This document shows positions 49,983-61,989 of a stretch of 64,000 bases of DNA, piece by piece. This stretch comes from Octopus vulgaris. Lineage: Eukaryota. The position numbers were made by a program, and so were the translations under genes. The DNA lies in contig OX597814.1 in NCBI GenBank assembly GCA_951406725.2, positions 56,482,001 through 56,546,000 on the forward strand. Direction: 5' to 3'. Positions within the stretch are counted from its first letter, which is position 1; every line of letters starts with the position of its first letter. The notes beneath the pieces are model-generated. The model ran no database searches. It had not been told where the DNA came from and saw only the letters and a program-made list of their open reading frames with translations.

Positions 49983-50365
49983 AGGCACAAGGCCTGAAAT
50001 TTGGGGGCATGCGACTAGTCGATAACATTGATCCCAGTGTTCCACTGGTACTTAATTTAACCACCTCGACGGGATTTTGAACTCAGAACGTAAAGATGAA
50101 CGAAATACCGCGAAGCGCTTTGCCCGGCGTACTCACGATTCTGCCAGCTCGCCGCCTTAAACACTTTGTAAATAATAGTTTCAAATTTTGACACAAGGCC
50201 AGCAATTTAGCAGAACGGAGTAAATCGATTATATCGACCCCAGTGTTAAACTGGTACTTATTTATCGACCCAGAAAGAATGAAAACTCAGAAGTCGTAAG
50301 AAATGCCGCTAAGCATTTTCCCCAGTTTTTCTCAGCGCAGTAACGATTCTGTCTGCTCGCCGCCG
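49983..50365 (-). mobile_element. Two adjacent SINE S1 copies (49983-50158, 50178-50365)
   Basis: ttgaactcagaacg, gattctgccagctcgccgcc, atcgaccccagtg. Confidence 0.82.
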
Positions 50366-51177
50366 AATCCATTCCAATCACTGGGAGAGGCTAGTGTTCA
50401 GATGACATTCCCGTACAAAACACTTAACATGCTTTTAAACAAGTATTTCTTTCAAAATCGGTTTCCAAAACAAACAGACAGATTAAAAAAAAACACATTG
50501 AAGGCGACCAACAAGACAATTTTCTTCGAAACAATCAACTTTCCTTTTTAAAACTTTTTGGCGGAAGAAAGAGGCAGTACCACAGGATGTCCGAGATTGG
50601 CAGGAAGGAAAGAGGAAGTCATTTGCAGATCGAGAACCAAGCCTAAATGCTTGCATCAGAGTGGACTCCGTTAATTGCCTTCAAAGATCAGATGGTAGTG
50701 TTTGACCGAGATATGAATTAAGTCTACTACCCAAGTAGGAGAAAGCGGGATTTGAACACAGGACTCGAAAAATCAGAACAAATACTGCCATAAGGCATCT
50801 CGTCAAGCAATGTCGTAATGACTCCTCTGCCTTAGACTGGTACTTTATTTATCGATCCTGGAATGATGACAGGAAAATTTACTCGAATTCAAAACGCAAG
50901 AAGCTTAAACACCGTAAGTCATTTCGTCCGATGCCCTAATTTGTCGGCCATTTCTTATTAAATGAATTATTAACGAGTTTGTTTGTTTGTTTGTTTTTGC
51001 AACCTAAAATTCACGACTCTCTAAAATAGCTAATTAATTTTAATTAGTTAAAACATGCAATAGCGGCTAAACTCTACCGTTTACTCCATATTAAAATTTA
51101 TTATAGTATAACGCATCCATTACCCTCTCACGCAAACCGCCAAACTTTCTTGAAAGACTCCCCCTAACGGCGCTTTC

Positions 51178-51385
51178 ACTTTTTGGCACGGGGTCAGCAA
51201 TTTTAAGGGAGGGGTGAGTCTGTTACATCGATACCAGTATTCCTCTGGTACTTATTTTATCAAGCCTGAAGTGATGAAAGGCAAAGTCAACCTCAGTGTA
51301 ATTTGAATTCAGAACGTGAAGACGGAAGAAATGCCGCTAAGCATTTTTCCCGTTACAGTAACGATTCTGCCAGCCTACCACCTTA
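51178..51385 (-). mobile_element. SINE family S1
   Basis: gatgaaaggcaaagtcaacctc, atttgaattcagaacg, gattctgccagc. Confidence 0.8.
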
Positions 51386-51494
51386 GAACTCACCCTAATA
51401 TCACCAACCTACATGTTCTAATTACAAAGCCATAATATCGATTGGCGGTTTTAACAAGTGATCTATACACACTACTGAGACTAGCGTCGACATC

Positions 51495-51910
51495 TTTTAT
51501 CCTTTATCTTCTACTTGTTTCAGTCACTGGACAACGGTCAGGCTGGTGCACTGCCCCGATGGGCTTTTAGACGAAGAAATTCACCCAGTACTTATTTTTT
51601 AAAGTCTACTACTTAGTCTATCCTTCTCTTCCGCCGAACTGCTAAGTTAATTGGATGAAGACAAACGAACACTGGTTATCAAGCGGTGGAGGGACAAACA
51701 CAAGCATAAAGACACACACAGACAGAGAGAAAAATACATCTGTATGTATGTGTAGACAGACTGACAGATAGACAGGTAGATAGACTACAGGCTTTCACAC
51801 AGCATTGATAAGCTCGGAGGTTTATTAGGAAACACTCAAAGTGTTGCGCCAAGGGAATGAACCTGAAACCACGTGGTTGCAAAACAAGCTTATTAATCAT
51901 ACAACCATTA
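51495..51910 (-). mobile_element. SINE family S2, diverged
   Basis: tacttgtttcagtca tail; ggttatcaagcg; ggaatgaacc. Confidence 0.7.
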
Positions 51911-52442
51911 GAGATTTTAAATTAATTCTCTAATACGAACTTAGAAACGAAAATACTAAAAGCTTCCTAAACATAACTAGAAAGTCCCTTGCAAAATATC
52001 TATCCGGCCACCAAGTGTATGTAAAGTGTAAAAACAACACATTAGCACATCTAGGATCTGTACGAAGACGGCAACACTGGTATTTCTTCCCACTATTTCT
52101 TGGACAAAAATCCCTACAATAACTCAAAACCTACATCAACCGTGTGGAAACCAGGCTTCAAAAGCTAAAATAGGCTAAAAGTAGCACCAACTAAATCCGT
52201 TATCTTCCATTTTTTTATTAGTAGTATCAAAGAATATCTCATACAACCAATATTCTCATTGCACAATATAGACGTTAACATTCACACAAAGTACAAAGGT
52301 AGAGGAATTACATGAAATATTTCTTTGCCCACTTTCAAGAAAAAGTAAAGAAATCGGAGCGATACACAAGCAGACCAAAAGCATTGGCTTGACATAAGGG
52401 GACCAACACAAAACAGCAATAATACTTTTGTGTACATATATA

Positions 52443-53725
52443 TTAGGTCATCCCATAAATAATGCGGTTTTTTATACTTCTTTTATTTATCAAAATTAAG
52501 ATAAACACAGTTATTTTTTAATCTAAAATATACTCTCCTACATTTTCTATAGTGCTCTTCCATCTATCTTGTAGACTTGCAAGGTCCCTCTTCCAAAATT
52601 CACTTGTCCGTGACGAAAAATACTCCTTCAGTACTGTTCTAACCTAGTCTACAGAATTCATACTTTTTCCGTCCAAATGATCTTGATGACTGCGGAATAA
52701 ATGATAATTAGATGGGGCAATGTCGGTGAATATGGCGAGTGGGACATCGTTTCCCATTCAAACTGCTCCAGCTTTGGAATGTATTTTTCGCTGTATGTGG
52801 CCGAGCTTTATCCTGATGGAAGAACACCATTCTTCTTGAAACCAAACATGGTCGTTTTTCTTCTAGCGCTGACTTAAGCCACACAAGCTACTCGCCGTAG
52901 ATCTCCTTTATTATCGTTTGATTTAAGTTTAAAAGTTCAACGTGCACTAAATCTTTCATCTCCTACCAAACAGGTAACAACACCTTACGTGGGTGAAGAG
53001 CTTCTTTAGCCTAGGGTACCGGTGTTTCTCCTTTCCTTACCCACTGTCTTCGGCGCTTGAAATTTTTATAGAGAACCCATTTCTCATCACCAGTCACTAT
53101 TCGGTCCAAAAAAGGTTCATTCGTGAGACGTGTCAATAACGAGGAGCACACATTCAGTCTCTGCACGCGATTAGATTTGGAAAGTTTGTGAGGAACCCAT
53201 TGACCCAATTTGCTCACTTTTCCGATGGCATGGCGTTGTCGATAAATGGTGAAATGACCAAATCCAAGCTTCTCTGTTAGTTCCTCAACAGTTACATTGG
53301 GATTTTGTTCCACCAGAGTTTGAAGACGTCCTCGTCGAGTTCTACAGATCTTCCCGGACGTGGTTCATCTTCTAAGCTGTAGCTACCGGCTCGGAATTTC
53401 CGGAACCGCCGTTGACACTAGCTTACGCTTATTGTCTGATACCCATATTCTACATTATTACTCCTCGCACTTTCCGTTGCGTTGTTGCCTTTATTGAACT
53501 CATAAAGCAAAATATGCCGAATATGTCCATTTGTCACTTCCATTATAGCTTTGAAAACGTAACTGCTAAAATCGAACTGCACTCTTCAAAACATAAACTA
53601 AGAATAAGGACAAGGTAAAATTACTACCTGATTTTATAGCAAGTTGATGCAGGTAGTTTATCCCGTCCCCCTCCGGCTTTTAGTTCATGCAGTTGAAAAA
53701 CCGCATTATTTATTTAATGACCCAA
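52443..53725 (-). mobile_element. Full-length (~1.28 kb) mariner with both TIRs; transposase pseudogene 53543-52518
   Basis: TA-TTAGGTCATCCCATAAATAATGCGGTTTTT / AAAAACCGCATTATTTATTTAATGACCCAA-TA; MEVTNGHIRHILLYEF, WVPHKL, IVTGDEKW, FFHQDKARPH, GEYILD*. Confidence 0.95.
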
Positions 53726-53737
53726 TATATGTGTGTG

Positions 53738-53769
<32 letters not shown>

Positions 53770-53774
53770 ATGAC

Positions 53775-53813
<39 letters not shown>

Positions 53814-53981
53814 ACATTGTTATGATGAAAAACTTGAGAATCATAGATATTGTGAATAATCTTAAATAGTGTTTTATGAATATGAAAAATTCCTTACTTG
53901 TGAACTTATGCGATGCAGAAACATATGTCGTGATACATTAACAAAGGTTAGGGATTTCCATCCACAAATTATTATCGTTAT

Positions 53982-54057
<76 letters not shown>

Positions 54058-54561
54058 TGTTTGTGTGTGTGTGTATACATATATAGAGAGAGAGAGATTT
54101 GATCCATCAAAGGACTATAGTAGTTTTTTTATGCTAGGCATATCCGCTTTTACAGGTATTATTGAACGCCTAACAAGTTTGTATTCCATTTCGATTCCTG
54201 CTTCTTCTCTTTATCCAACTCCTGCTAAGTAGTAGCAGCCATTAATTCGCCATCAATCTTCACTAGATAAACTACAGTGTATATATGTATATATGTGTAA
54301 ATGTGTATGAATGCATATATGTGTATATTTATATGTGTTCATGTGTGTGTCCGTGTATGTATGTGTGCTCATGTCTGTATATATATCTGTGTGTGCGTAT
54401 GCGTGCTCACACTTGAATTTACGTACGTGCGTGTGCGTATGCACGTATTTGTATGTGTATGGACGGTGTTTCCCTGTCATTACCTCCTCATCTAAACGTT
54501 TTCCATGTCTTCTGACATTATTTAGATGACACATCTGGTCAAGCTGAGATATCACAACTAT

Positions 54562-54563
<2 letters not shown>

Positions 54564-54628
<65 letters not shown>
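54564..54628. repeat. (CT)n microsatellite
   Basis: Perfect run. Confidence 0.97.
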
Positions 54629-54631
<3 letters not shown>

Positions 54632-57110
54632 GTAGAACCACCTTAAAACACAGATGAGAAAATGAACGAATCTCGTACATCTGTAGAACTGACCAGCTAC
54701 CATTGCGTCGCAGTGTGACGTATTCCTAATCTGCTGCTGCTACTTAGATAAGATTGAAGCACGATGCACAGTTAGATAGAAGATGCATTGTCACTTTTAA
54801 AGACAGAAGACTACCAGTGCAGACGTCATTGCCTGAGCAGCCTAACGTTCCTCTAAGCAAGCACAGGAAGAAGACCCAACAGCACAATTTGCACTCGTTC
54901 CTCTGTTCTATGAAATGTTCACCACCTTTGCAGTGGTCAAGCATCGCCGTCAGTTCGGATTTCTGAATCCATATCAAATTGCAGTCACATTTAATCTGTT
55001 GCTGTTTGCCTTGACAAAGTTTTTACTGTGGATATGGCTTGACATTTATACTAAGAGAGTTCGTGGGATTATATGCTATACACGCAGAAATGGTCCCATA
55101 AAAGTTGAGTCTGCTATGGACTGAAGAAATAATATAAAGAAGAGTTCTTTCGTGGACTGAACCCTGGTCATGAGATATGACACCCTAAACTTTTCATAGC
55201 ATATATTGAATGCATTGTAGGACTTATAAAGAGAAAATATTTCCTCTGTATGTCAGAGCATTGGCGGAACTTACGTCGCTGTCCGTTTATTTGGATTATA
55301 TGCATTAATCATTGTAGACGCATGTCCATATCAGAGACATGGAGTCCTTGCTAGAAACTGTCAAAGATGACTGTGAAAAATGTTCACACAGGATCTTTGC
55401 CAAGTTTAAAAACTCTCTTGGATTCCATTTGATCAAGCTCATTAGCAGGAGAACAAGACCATGCCAGGCTCACAGATTCTTTTGGGGCCAGAGTTGGTTA
55501 GACTGGGGAAGTTTAAAAAAAGAATATCTTCTTGGTGATGATACAGAGATCTCCAGAAACTTCCAGTACTACAAGCAAAGTCAATCGACGTATAACCCCG
55601 TCCAGATGACTATCCTCTTTGAAATCATCAGAAGAATGGACAAACTTTTCTCGGGTGATTTCCCAGATCTAGCAACTCTAGACAATTCCAACAGCAGGGA
55701 CGAATTCGGTGTAATCACAATGCGCAATTTGAAAGATTATAGACAGAAAAACAATTCTAGGAATTCGTCGAAAATGCTGCCTAAGTACGTCGCCACTCCA
55801 TCTATAATACAATCATCAACAATTATTTTCTGCTCTCCAGAAAACATTGATACAAGATAAAATCTAAAAAGAACAAGATTGAAGTGCTTCAGAACAATGT
55901 AGGGAAAACTAAGAAGATGATTTAGACAAGTGCTTTGCACAAGGACACAGTCCTTCTAAGTTTCGTTTGTCAAACACGAAGGCTGATATTCTGAAATGTT
56001 TTGAACATCCCAGACTAACAAAGCCACCTTCGGCGTAGGATTGCTAAGACATGGAGGGTATTGGAATCGTCCGATGCTTACCCATTATCAGTATCAGCAT
56101 CTTCCATGAATGTGCCGTTTTGAGTATTCATACCTTATCAAACATCTGCAGGTGGCTACGAGGTTGGATTTGCGTGGGACTCATACATATTAGACAGTTT
56201 GAAGGAATCTATACGGGAGAAGAGAGACAATGGCTTACACGGAAAATATTAAGCTAACATTACACTACCAGGCAATTAGATGGGCTTCCTTCATGATCCA
56301 ATGAATAAGAAGCTTTTTCCCCCTTTTAATTTCCAAGGTTCAAGAGTTCAAATTGTTTTCAGTCAAAGTTGTATATGTTACATCAGAGCATGCTTTGATG
56401 TCCGTTGAAATAAGTATTCCCCATTCAAAATGCAAACATGAGTAGATAGACACCAAGTTAGAAGTTGTGTTTCATATTTCATGCACTGGATCATGGTGAA
56501 AACACTTCATAACTTGCCTTAGATACAGTTACTATAGTCATCCTGACAGGCACATTTCATGGTATGATTGAAGCTCTATCTTTGGCTAACTACTGGATGG
56601 CTCTTTAAATGGGTAAGATTTATCACAGTAACGCCATCTCTGCAAACCTGGGGAAACTACTATCACAAACGCTTTCAATGGCATGAGCAAAAAATCGTTT
56701 TCGCAAGCTTGGCAGGTCTATGAAAATGCCTCAGAAATATAAGTGCATCTCGTTACTCATTCCTTTCAGTTACTGGATGTGACAACAACCCTTTCAAGAA
56801 GCTTGTGAGAGTGGCCGTTATCCTGAATGACAAATGTAGTCCATTAACTGCAGTCAGCATGACGAGAAGGAATATTTTGTTAAAATCGAGTAATGGACAA
56901 AGTGTAAAGTGACACTCTATCTCATCAAGCAGAAATCTAGATGACCAGCACACTAACACTGCTTGTGGTTCCTTCCCCACTGAAGTATTTCCATATTGAG
57001 TAATAATTCCATGGCTAGAGCGTGCAGAGAGCTGATTAAATGTTCTTACAAAGGTGACTTCTCCGACAGTAGGTTTACTGAAATAAATCAGGATTGCTCA
57101 TCACATTGCA

Positions 57111-57308
57111 AGTGCAATTGTACTCTATAAGACATCGCAAACTATGTGTTAGTGAAATTGTACTCCACAGGACATTATAAGCAATGTGTTAGCGCAATTG
57201 TACTGTATAGAACATTGCAAGTTATTTGTTAGTGCATTTGTACTGCACAGAACATTGAGAGCTCTGTTAGCGCGATTGTACGCCATAAGACATTGCAGAC
57301 TATTCGTA
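57111..57308. repeat. Minisatellite, 5 x ~40 bp
   Basis: Units AG(T/C)GCAATTGTACT...ACATTG...TGTT start at 57111, 57151, 57191, 57231, 57269. Confidence 0.9.
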
Positions 57309-57664
57309 ACACATATCAAAACATTACTACATACAAAGTTAGAAACTATGACAGTTGGTTATAAGGAGTTATTCTAGCAAATGTCATGGAAATTTACTTA
57401 GAAATTGTATGACTCACAAAACTTGAGAACAACGCTGTTCATTATAGGGTATGGTAATGTTTAACATGAGTTACTTTAATATTTTTTGTTCTTCATATTT
57501 GGTAATAATTTTTTTAAAAACTCTGGGAGGCCCAGAGTTTAATATCCTCCACCTCTAACTATGCCTATGCTGGAATCATTTAGATCATGTCTTCTCAATC
57601 AACAAGAACAAAATCATCACCATTATCATCATCATCCTCACTACCACCACAACCATCAGCAAAG

Positions 57665-58310
57665 AATACACACGGAAATATGTTGGAGCAACAAGAGCTC
57701 ATTTCAGGCCAGGCTAAATAACCACAGATCCGCTTTTGGGATCCCTTAAAGGTGCAGCATTACAACATTAGCCAGCCATATATGGGGGTTAAAAGAGGGG
57801 ATAATGCTATACAAAATTAACTGGAAGCTGCTGGAACAACCTGAGTCATACATCAACGGAAACAGACGAAGCAAATTTTGCTTAACCGAGAGAATAATGA
57901 TCAAAAACTTCGCACTGTCCAGGCGCCTTCTTGAATTCAAAAAGTTAAATTTTCAGCTGTCGCTCTCATGAGAGACAATTCGTTTTAGAAACGTGTTCTT
58001 CGCTATTTGCAGAGTAGAGAACGGAAAAAACATACACAAACACAGCTGATCCACTCCGGCTATGGCCGGAATTGTGCAAGGAGAGGAAACTTTCCTTTGT
58101 CTCCTAGAAAAGGGTTTTCGTTTCAATTTTTTTCACCACCAAACTAACAAAGACTGTATATTTATCTCCAGTATTAAAGAGGTTTTGTGCCTCCGTCTAG
58201 CATGTCTGATAAGTCATCTATATTGCTAATTGCAATAAGCTGACACGAAATCAATAACTTTCTGACTGGTTATATGCTATAACCAAGAATATACTACTCG
58301 ACTATACTCG
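57665..58310 (+). mobile_element. Penelope-like element 3' remnant (GIY-YIG C-terminal half + UTR)
   Basis: KYVGAT, FQARLNNHRSAF, TLASHIWGLKE, INWKLLE, FCLTERIMI across frameshifts. Confidence 0.78.
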
Positions 58311-58483
58311 CATACATACATACATAAATCTATACATACACACTTGAAGCGCACAAAATGGTGATCGTCATGTCAAAATGTTATGAGAAACTGTCTTTCA
58401 ACTAGTTTTAACAGGCTAAGAGGGTGCAAGACAAAGGAGAAAAGTGGCAACAAATATACCGCCTGCACACAGACACACAAATA

Positions 58484-58629
<146 letters not shown>

Positions 58630-58639
58630 GAAAGTTGGT

Positions 58640-59700
58640 TTGTGAAAGCACGTGGTTGAATATATAGAAAATAGTAAAAAGTGAAAAAACTACAGAAGGC
58701 TTAAAGGTTAAAAAATATATATATTTGCGTCAATATGTCTGAAGAATATTAAACATTTTTTTTCCTTACAATGACATAGTTTAGAAGAAAGACCGGTTTC
58801 GCGTTTAGCTTTTCAAATTTCTTACGACGTTATGTTTATGTTGAATAGAGTTATCGTTATGTTTATGTTTAAAAGAGTTCTAAATAAGGGGAGGTAATGA
58901 GTGATTTCTTCCAGTGTAAGGGAGATAATCGCTTAAATTTTTTTCCTTTCCCTTGGTGTGAATTTCTCTGTATCAGTATGTTGGCATGGTTAAGTCTGGG
59001 CTTGTACTTTTCAATGAAGAATGTTTCCTTGTTTAGTCTAATTTGTGTTGATGATCCGATAGCACATTGGTAAAATGGAAAGATTAAAAATTGTGGTAGT
59101 AGTTGCTTTGCGCATTTCTCAATATGCTCACTAAAAGGTATCATTCTGTATTCTGGAAATGCAATCTGTTGTCGATGCAGTGTGCATCTACGTCTGAGTG
59201 ATAGTCCCGTGGATCCCACGTAGTCTTGGTGGCAGCCCGAGCATTTTATGACATAAATTATGTTTTCAGAGGCACAAGTAAAGTTAGATTTGATCTTGAA
59301 TTTCTGTCCCTCTTTAAAGAGGAATTCTGATCCTTCTAGCAGGTTTGGACATGTTGCACAGTTCGATCTACCACATTTTAAAAAAAATTTTGCATCCGTA
59401 ATTTCAGAAAACAATTTTGCCTTTGTGAGAATCTTTTTAAGTGATTTAGGTTGTTTGTAGCTTTTAATGATTTGGTGTATGTTTAGAATTCCCTTTAATT
59501 TGGGGTCCTTATGAAGTATTGGTAAATTCTGGGTGATGATGGTGAAGGCTTCTTTGTTTCTGGGGTTGTATGTAGATATGTAAGGTAGTATTTTCGGGGA
59601 AGGTGTGTTGTTGTGTTGAACTTTTCTTAAAGTTTCTATGTTGATTTCTGTTGCACGTCTGATCCCATCCTCTATGAGTTGAGCTGGGTAATGTCTGTCA
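58640..59700 (-). mobile_element. Penelope-like element (Neptune-like), RT thumb/linker + GIY-YIG endonuclease, 5'-truncated
   Basis: Open frame 59700-58869: RHYP, LPYISTYNP, CGRSNCATC, FTCASENIIYVIKCSGCHQDYVGSTG, H..C, E..FI..Y.P.LN; GAAACCGGTC in the 3' UTR. Confidence 0.9.
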
Positions 59701-59920
59701 ATATATATATATATATATATACATACATACATACATACATACATACATACATACATACATACATACATACGACGGGTTTCTTTCAGTTTCCGTCTACCAA
59801 ATTCACTTATAAACCACTGGTTGGACTGGAGCTATAATAAAAGGCACTTGCCCAAGATGCTGCGCAGTGGGGCTGATCCCGAAACCCTTTGGTTGCAAAA
59901 CGAGCCTCTTAACCACATAC
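59701..59920 (-). mobile_element. SINE family S2 5' half with (TATG)n/(TA)n
   Basis: cgacgggtttctttcagtttccgtctaccaaat. Confidence 0.8.
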
Positions 59921-60205
59921 CAATTTGTCGTAAGAAACATATGTGAAAAGCGATAAATGTTACAACTTTACAAATCTTTCTCCCTCTTATAAAATATTTA
60001 GCACTGTTTCAAGTGAAAAGTAATTGTTATTGCTGTTTATATTGTTGCTGTTGTTTTTTTGTTCCGTTATCGAAATAAATTCCTATATCTTCCGCTTCTG
60101 TCGCCCCTCCACCAACACCATTCAGTTATTAACGGAAATTTATCACTAAGTACTAAGTTTATCACTAAGTTTAGTACTGTTGATAGTTGTGCTAGTGGTG
60201 ATAAG

Positions 60206-60259
<54 letters not shown>

Positions 60260-60292
60260 CTTGTTGTTGTTCTCGTTGTTGTTATTGTTGTC
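60206..60292. repeat. (GTT)n microsatellite
   Basis: Direct observation. Confidence 0.95.
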
Positions 60293-60904
60293 GGAAAAAT
60301 AGTTGTTGTTATTGGTGGTGGTGATGTCGTGTGGCCCCTAGTTGAGCAAATCTGTCATCAAAAACATTCCAACTATAACCATCCCTTTTTTAGAGGCATT
60401 TAAGAAGCTTGTTAAATTTCTTCCAATCACTTGAGATTTTTCAAGAATATTTTCAAAAGTTGTAGTTCTCATGTAGTTTTGAATGCTGGCTATGAAAATT
60501 ACATTCATTTTGTTTTTCTCTCGAAATTAATAATAAAGACGCTACAAACATTTAAAATAATGTAATTTTAGTCAGTCAGCAGCCTCCATTTAGTGGCATA
60601 TTGTGTCTGAGTATTTAGAATGATTAACCTTGTCGTTACCAGACTTTTGTTGAAATATACAGATTTATTTGAAATCATTGTAAAATTAATGACAAATTTA
60701 TTAAAATAACCTAGTGTTTGGAACATAATTTAATTTGAGATTTTGACAAAAGATTCTAATTTAAATTGATTTAAAACAGAAGGATAGTATCATAGAAGTT
60801 TTTTCAGGGGAGATCTGAGAGAGGTTAGTAACGGAGAAGGTGAATATTGGAGTTCACTACAGCAACAAACTCTGACTCTTGTACACCTGCGTTATTATAA
60901 ATTA

Positions 60905-61159
60905 AATAAATGCGCCCTTTTTAAAGCCTTGCCAGGCTCATGGGCCCGGTTTCCCGGTTTCCGTGGCGAATGTGTTCCCCAGCTGGATGGGACGCCAGTC
61001 CATCTCAGCGTTACTCATTTTTGCCAGCTGAGTGGACTGGAGGAACGTGAAAGGAAGTGTTTTGCTCAAGAACAGAACGCGTCGCCCGGTCCAGGAATCG
61101 AAACCACAATCTTACGATCATGATGCTGACATCCTAACCACTAAGCCACTCGCCTCCAC
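60905..61159 (-). mobile_element. tRNA-derived SINE family S3, complete
   Basis: A box TGGCTTAGTGG, B box GGTTTCGATTCC, cttgagcaaaacactt and gatggactggcgtcccatccag blocks, ATTT tail. Confidence 0.88.
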
Positions 61160-61234
61160 ACTGCGTTGTTATAGAGACGGCTTATTATTGTTTAACCCTG
61201 TGTCTCTGATTACGAAGACCTACAATAAAAACTA

Positions 61235-61420
61235 GTCAGGTGAAGGGTCTTATCATAGGCTGATGAGATCTGCTGCTGGTACTATGTAAATCAGTACTAC
61301 CCGTTTTCATGGTCGGGTGATTGGCGACTGAGCCAGCTACCCCATTGAGTAGTTTGCTACTCTTGTGAGGAGGGTATCTGGATACCCAGCGGACTAAAAG
61401 CAAGGCCTGTCAAAGGACGG

Positions 61421-61421
<1 letters not shown>
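61235..61421 (+). other. Multi-hairpin non-coding module homologous to 12683-12849 (putative RTE 5' UTR)
   Basis: Shared GTCAGGT, CATGGTCGGGT, GTGAGGA, GTCAAAGG.CGGA; hairpins conserved with different sequence. Confidence 0.65.
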
Positions 61422-61481
<60 letters not shown>

Positions 61482-61647
61482 TCTTACTCTTTTACTTGTT
61501 TCAGTCATTTGACTGCGGCAAAGAACAACGGTCGTTGAGTTGGGGAAGACAATCTCTAAGATTGTCAAGAAGGCTGAGGGGATCCGAGCATCACATAGGC
61601 AGACCTTTGTCAGCCGCTCTCCAGCAATCTATTCAAAACTGTATATA

Positions 61648-61822
61648 ACAATGGTGCATCAGTAGTCTGGTACTCCTATCTTGCTCAGCATATCAATCTC
61701 CTGGAAACTGTTCAGAAACGTGCAACAAAACGAATTCACCAAAATCAAAAAACAACACAGTACCCATGACTTTCGGAGACATTTTTCACATGCAGAATTG
61801 TTAAAGCATGGAATAAACTACC
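61648..61822 (+). mobile_element. CR1-like LINE 3' remnant
   Basis: ASVVWYSYL..LLETVQKRATKRI; FTCRIVKAWNKLP. Confidence 0.75.
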
Positions 61823-61945
61823 TATAATAGGAGAGCAGTAATACTGCTCTTGTATAGGCATCTGCTACATAAAATGCACAAAAGAATCAGTACCAGACGA
61901 GGAATGTCCAGTAGAGTTGGTCAGCATGTGGTGTTATCGAATGCA

Positions 61946-61989
61946 TGTAGCTCATGAGGCGCAAAACGTCGAAATCACGTGATATAACA
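61946..61989 (+). ncRNA. Degenerate minimal type-I hammerhead ribozyme motif
   Basis: CTCATGA-GGCG-caaaa-CGTC-GAA-ATCACGTGAT-A; core differs from CUGAUGA at G5. Confidence 0.5.

Larger units (their letters stand above)
54135..57567 (+). mobile_element. Degenerate Academ (AcademX-type) DNA transposon
   Basis: LVPLFYE..VKH..FLNPYQIAVTFNLLLFALTK, FPLYV..VHIRDMESL, DFPDLATLD, XPG/PIN-like CKHE*IDTK, Cys-rich ACRELIKC..CSSHCKCNC; coding remnant ~54650-57125; left boundary tentative. Confidence 0.75.

Noticed and set aside
52000-52200. Possible Tc1 transposase tail
   Set aside because: Only loose similarity to RL..V..AKG..TKY with stops; insufficient
55339-55860. 173-aa ORF as a host gene
   Set aside because: Partly in frame with Academ transposase motifs and surrounded by stops and frameshifts
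57111-57308. CRISPR-like periodicity
   Set aside because: Whole 40-bp units are homologous with no unique spacers, no cas genes, eukaryotic context
61258-61275. CTGATGAG hammerhead core
   Set aside because: No stem II-GAAA follows; it is one arm of a 10-bp hairpin
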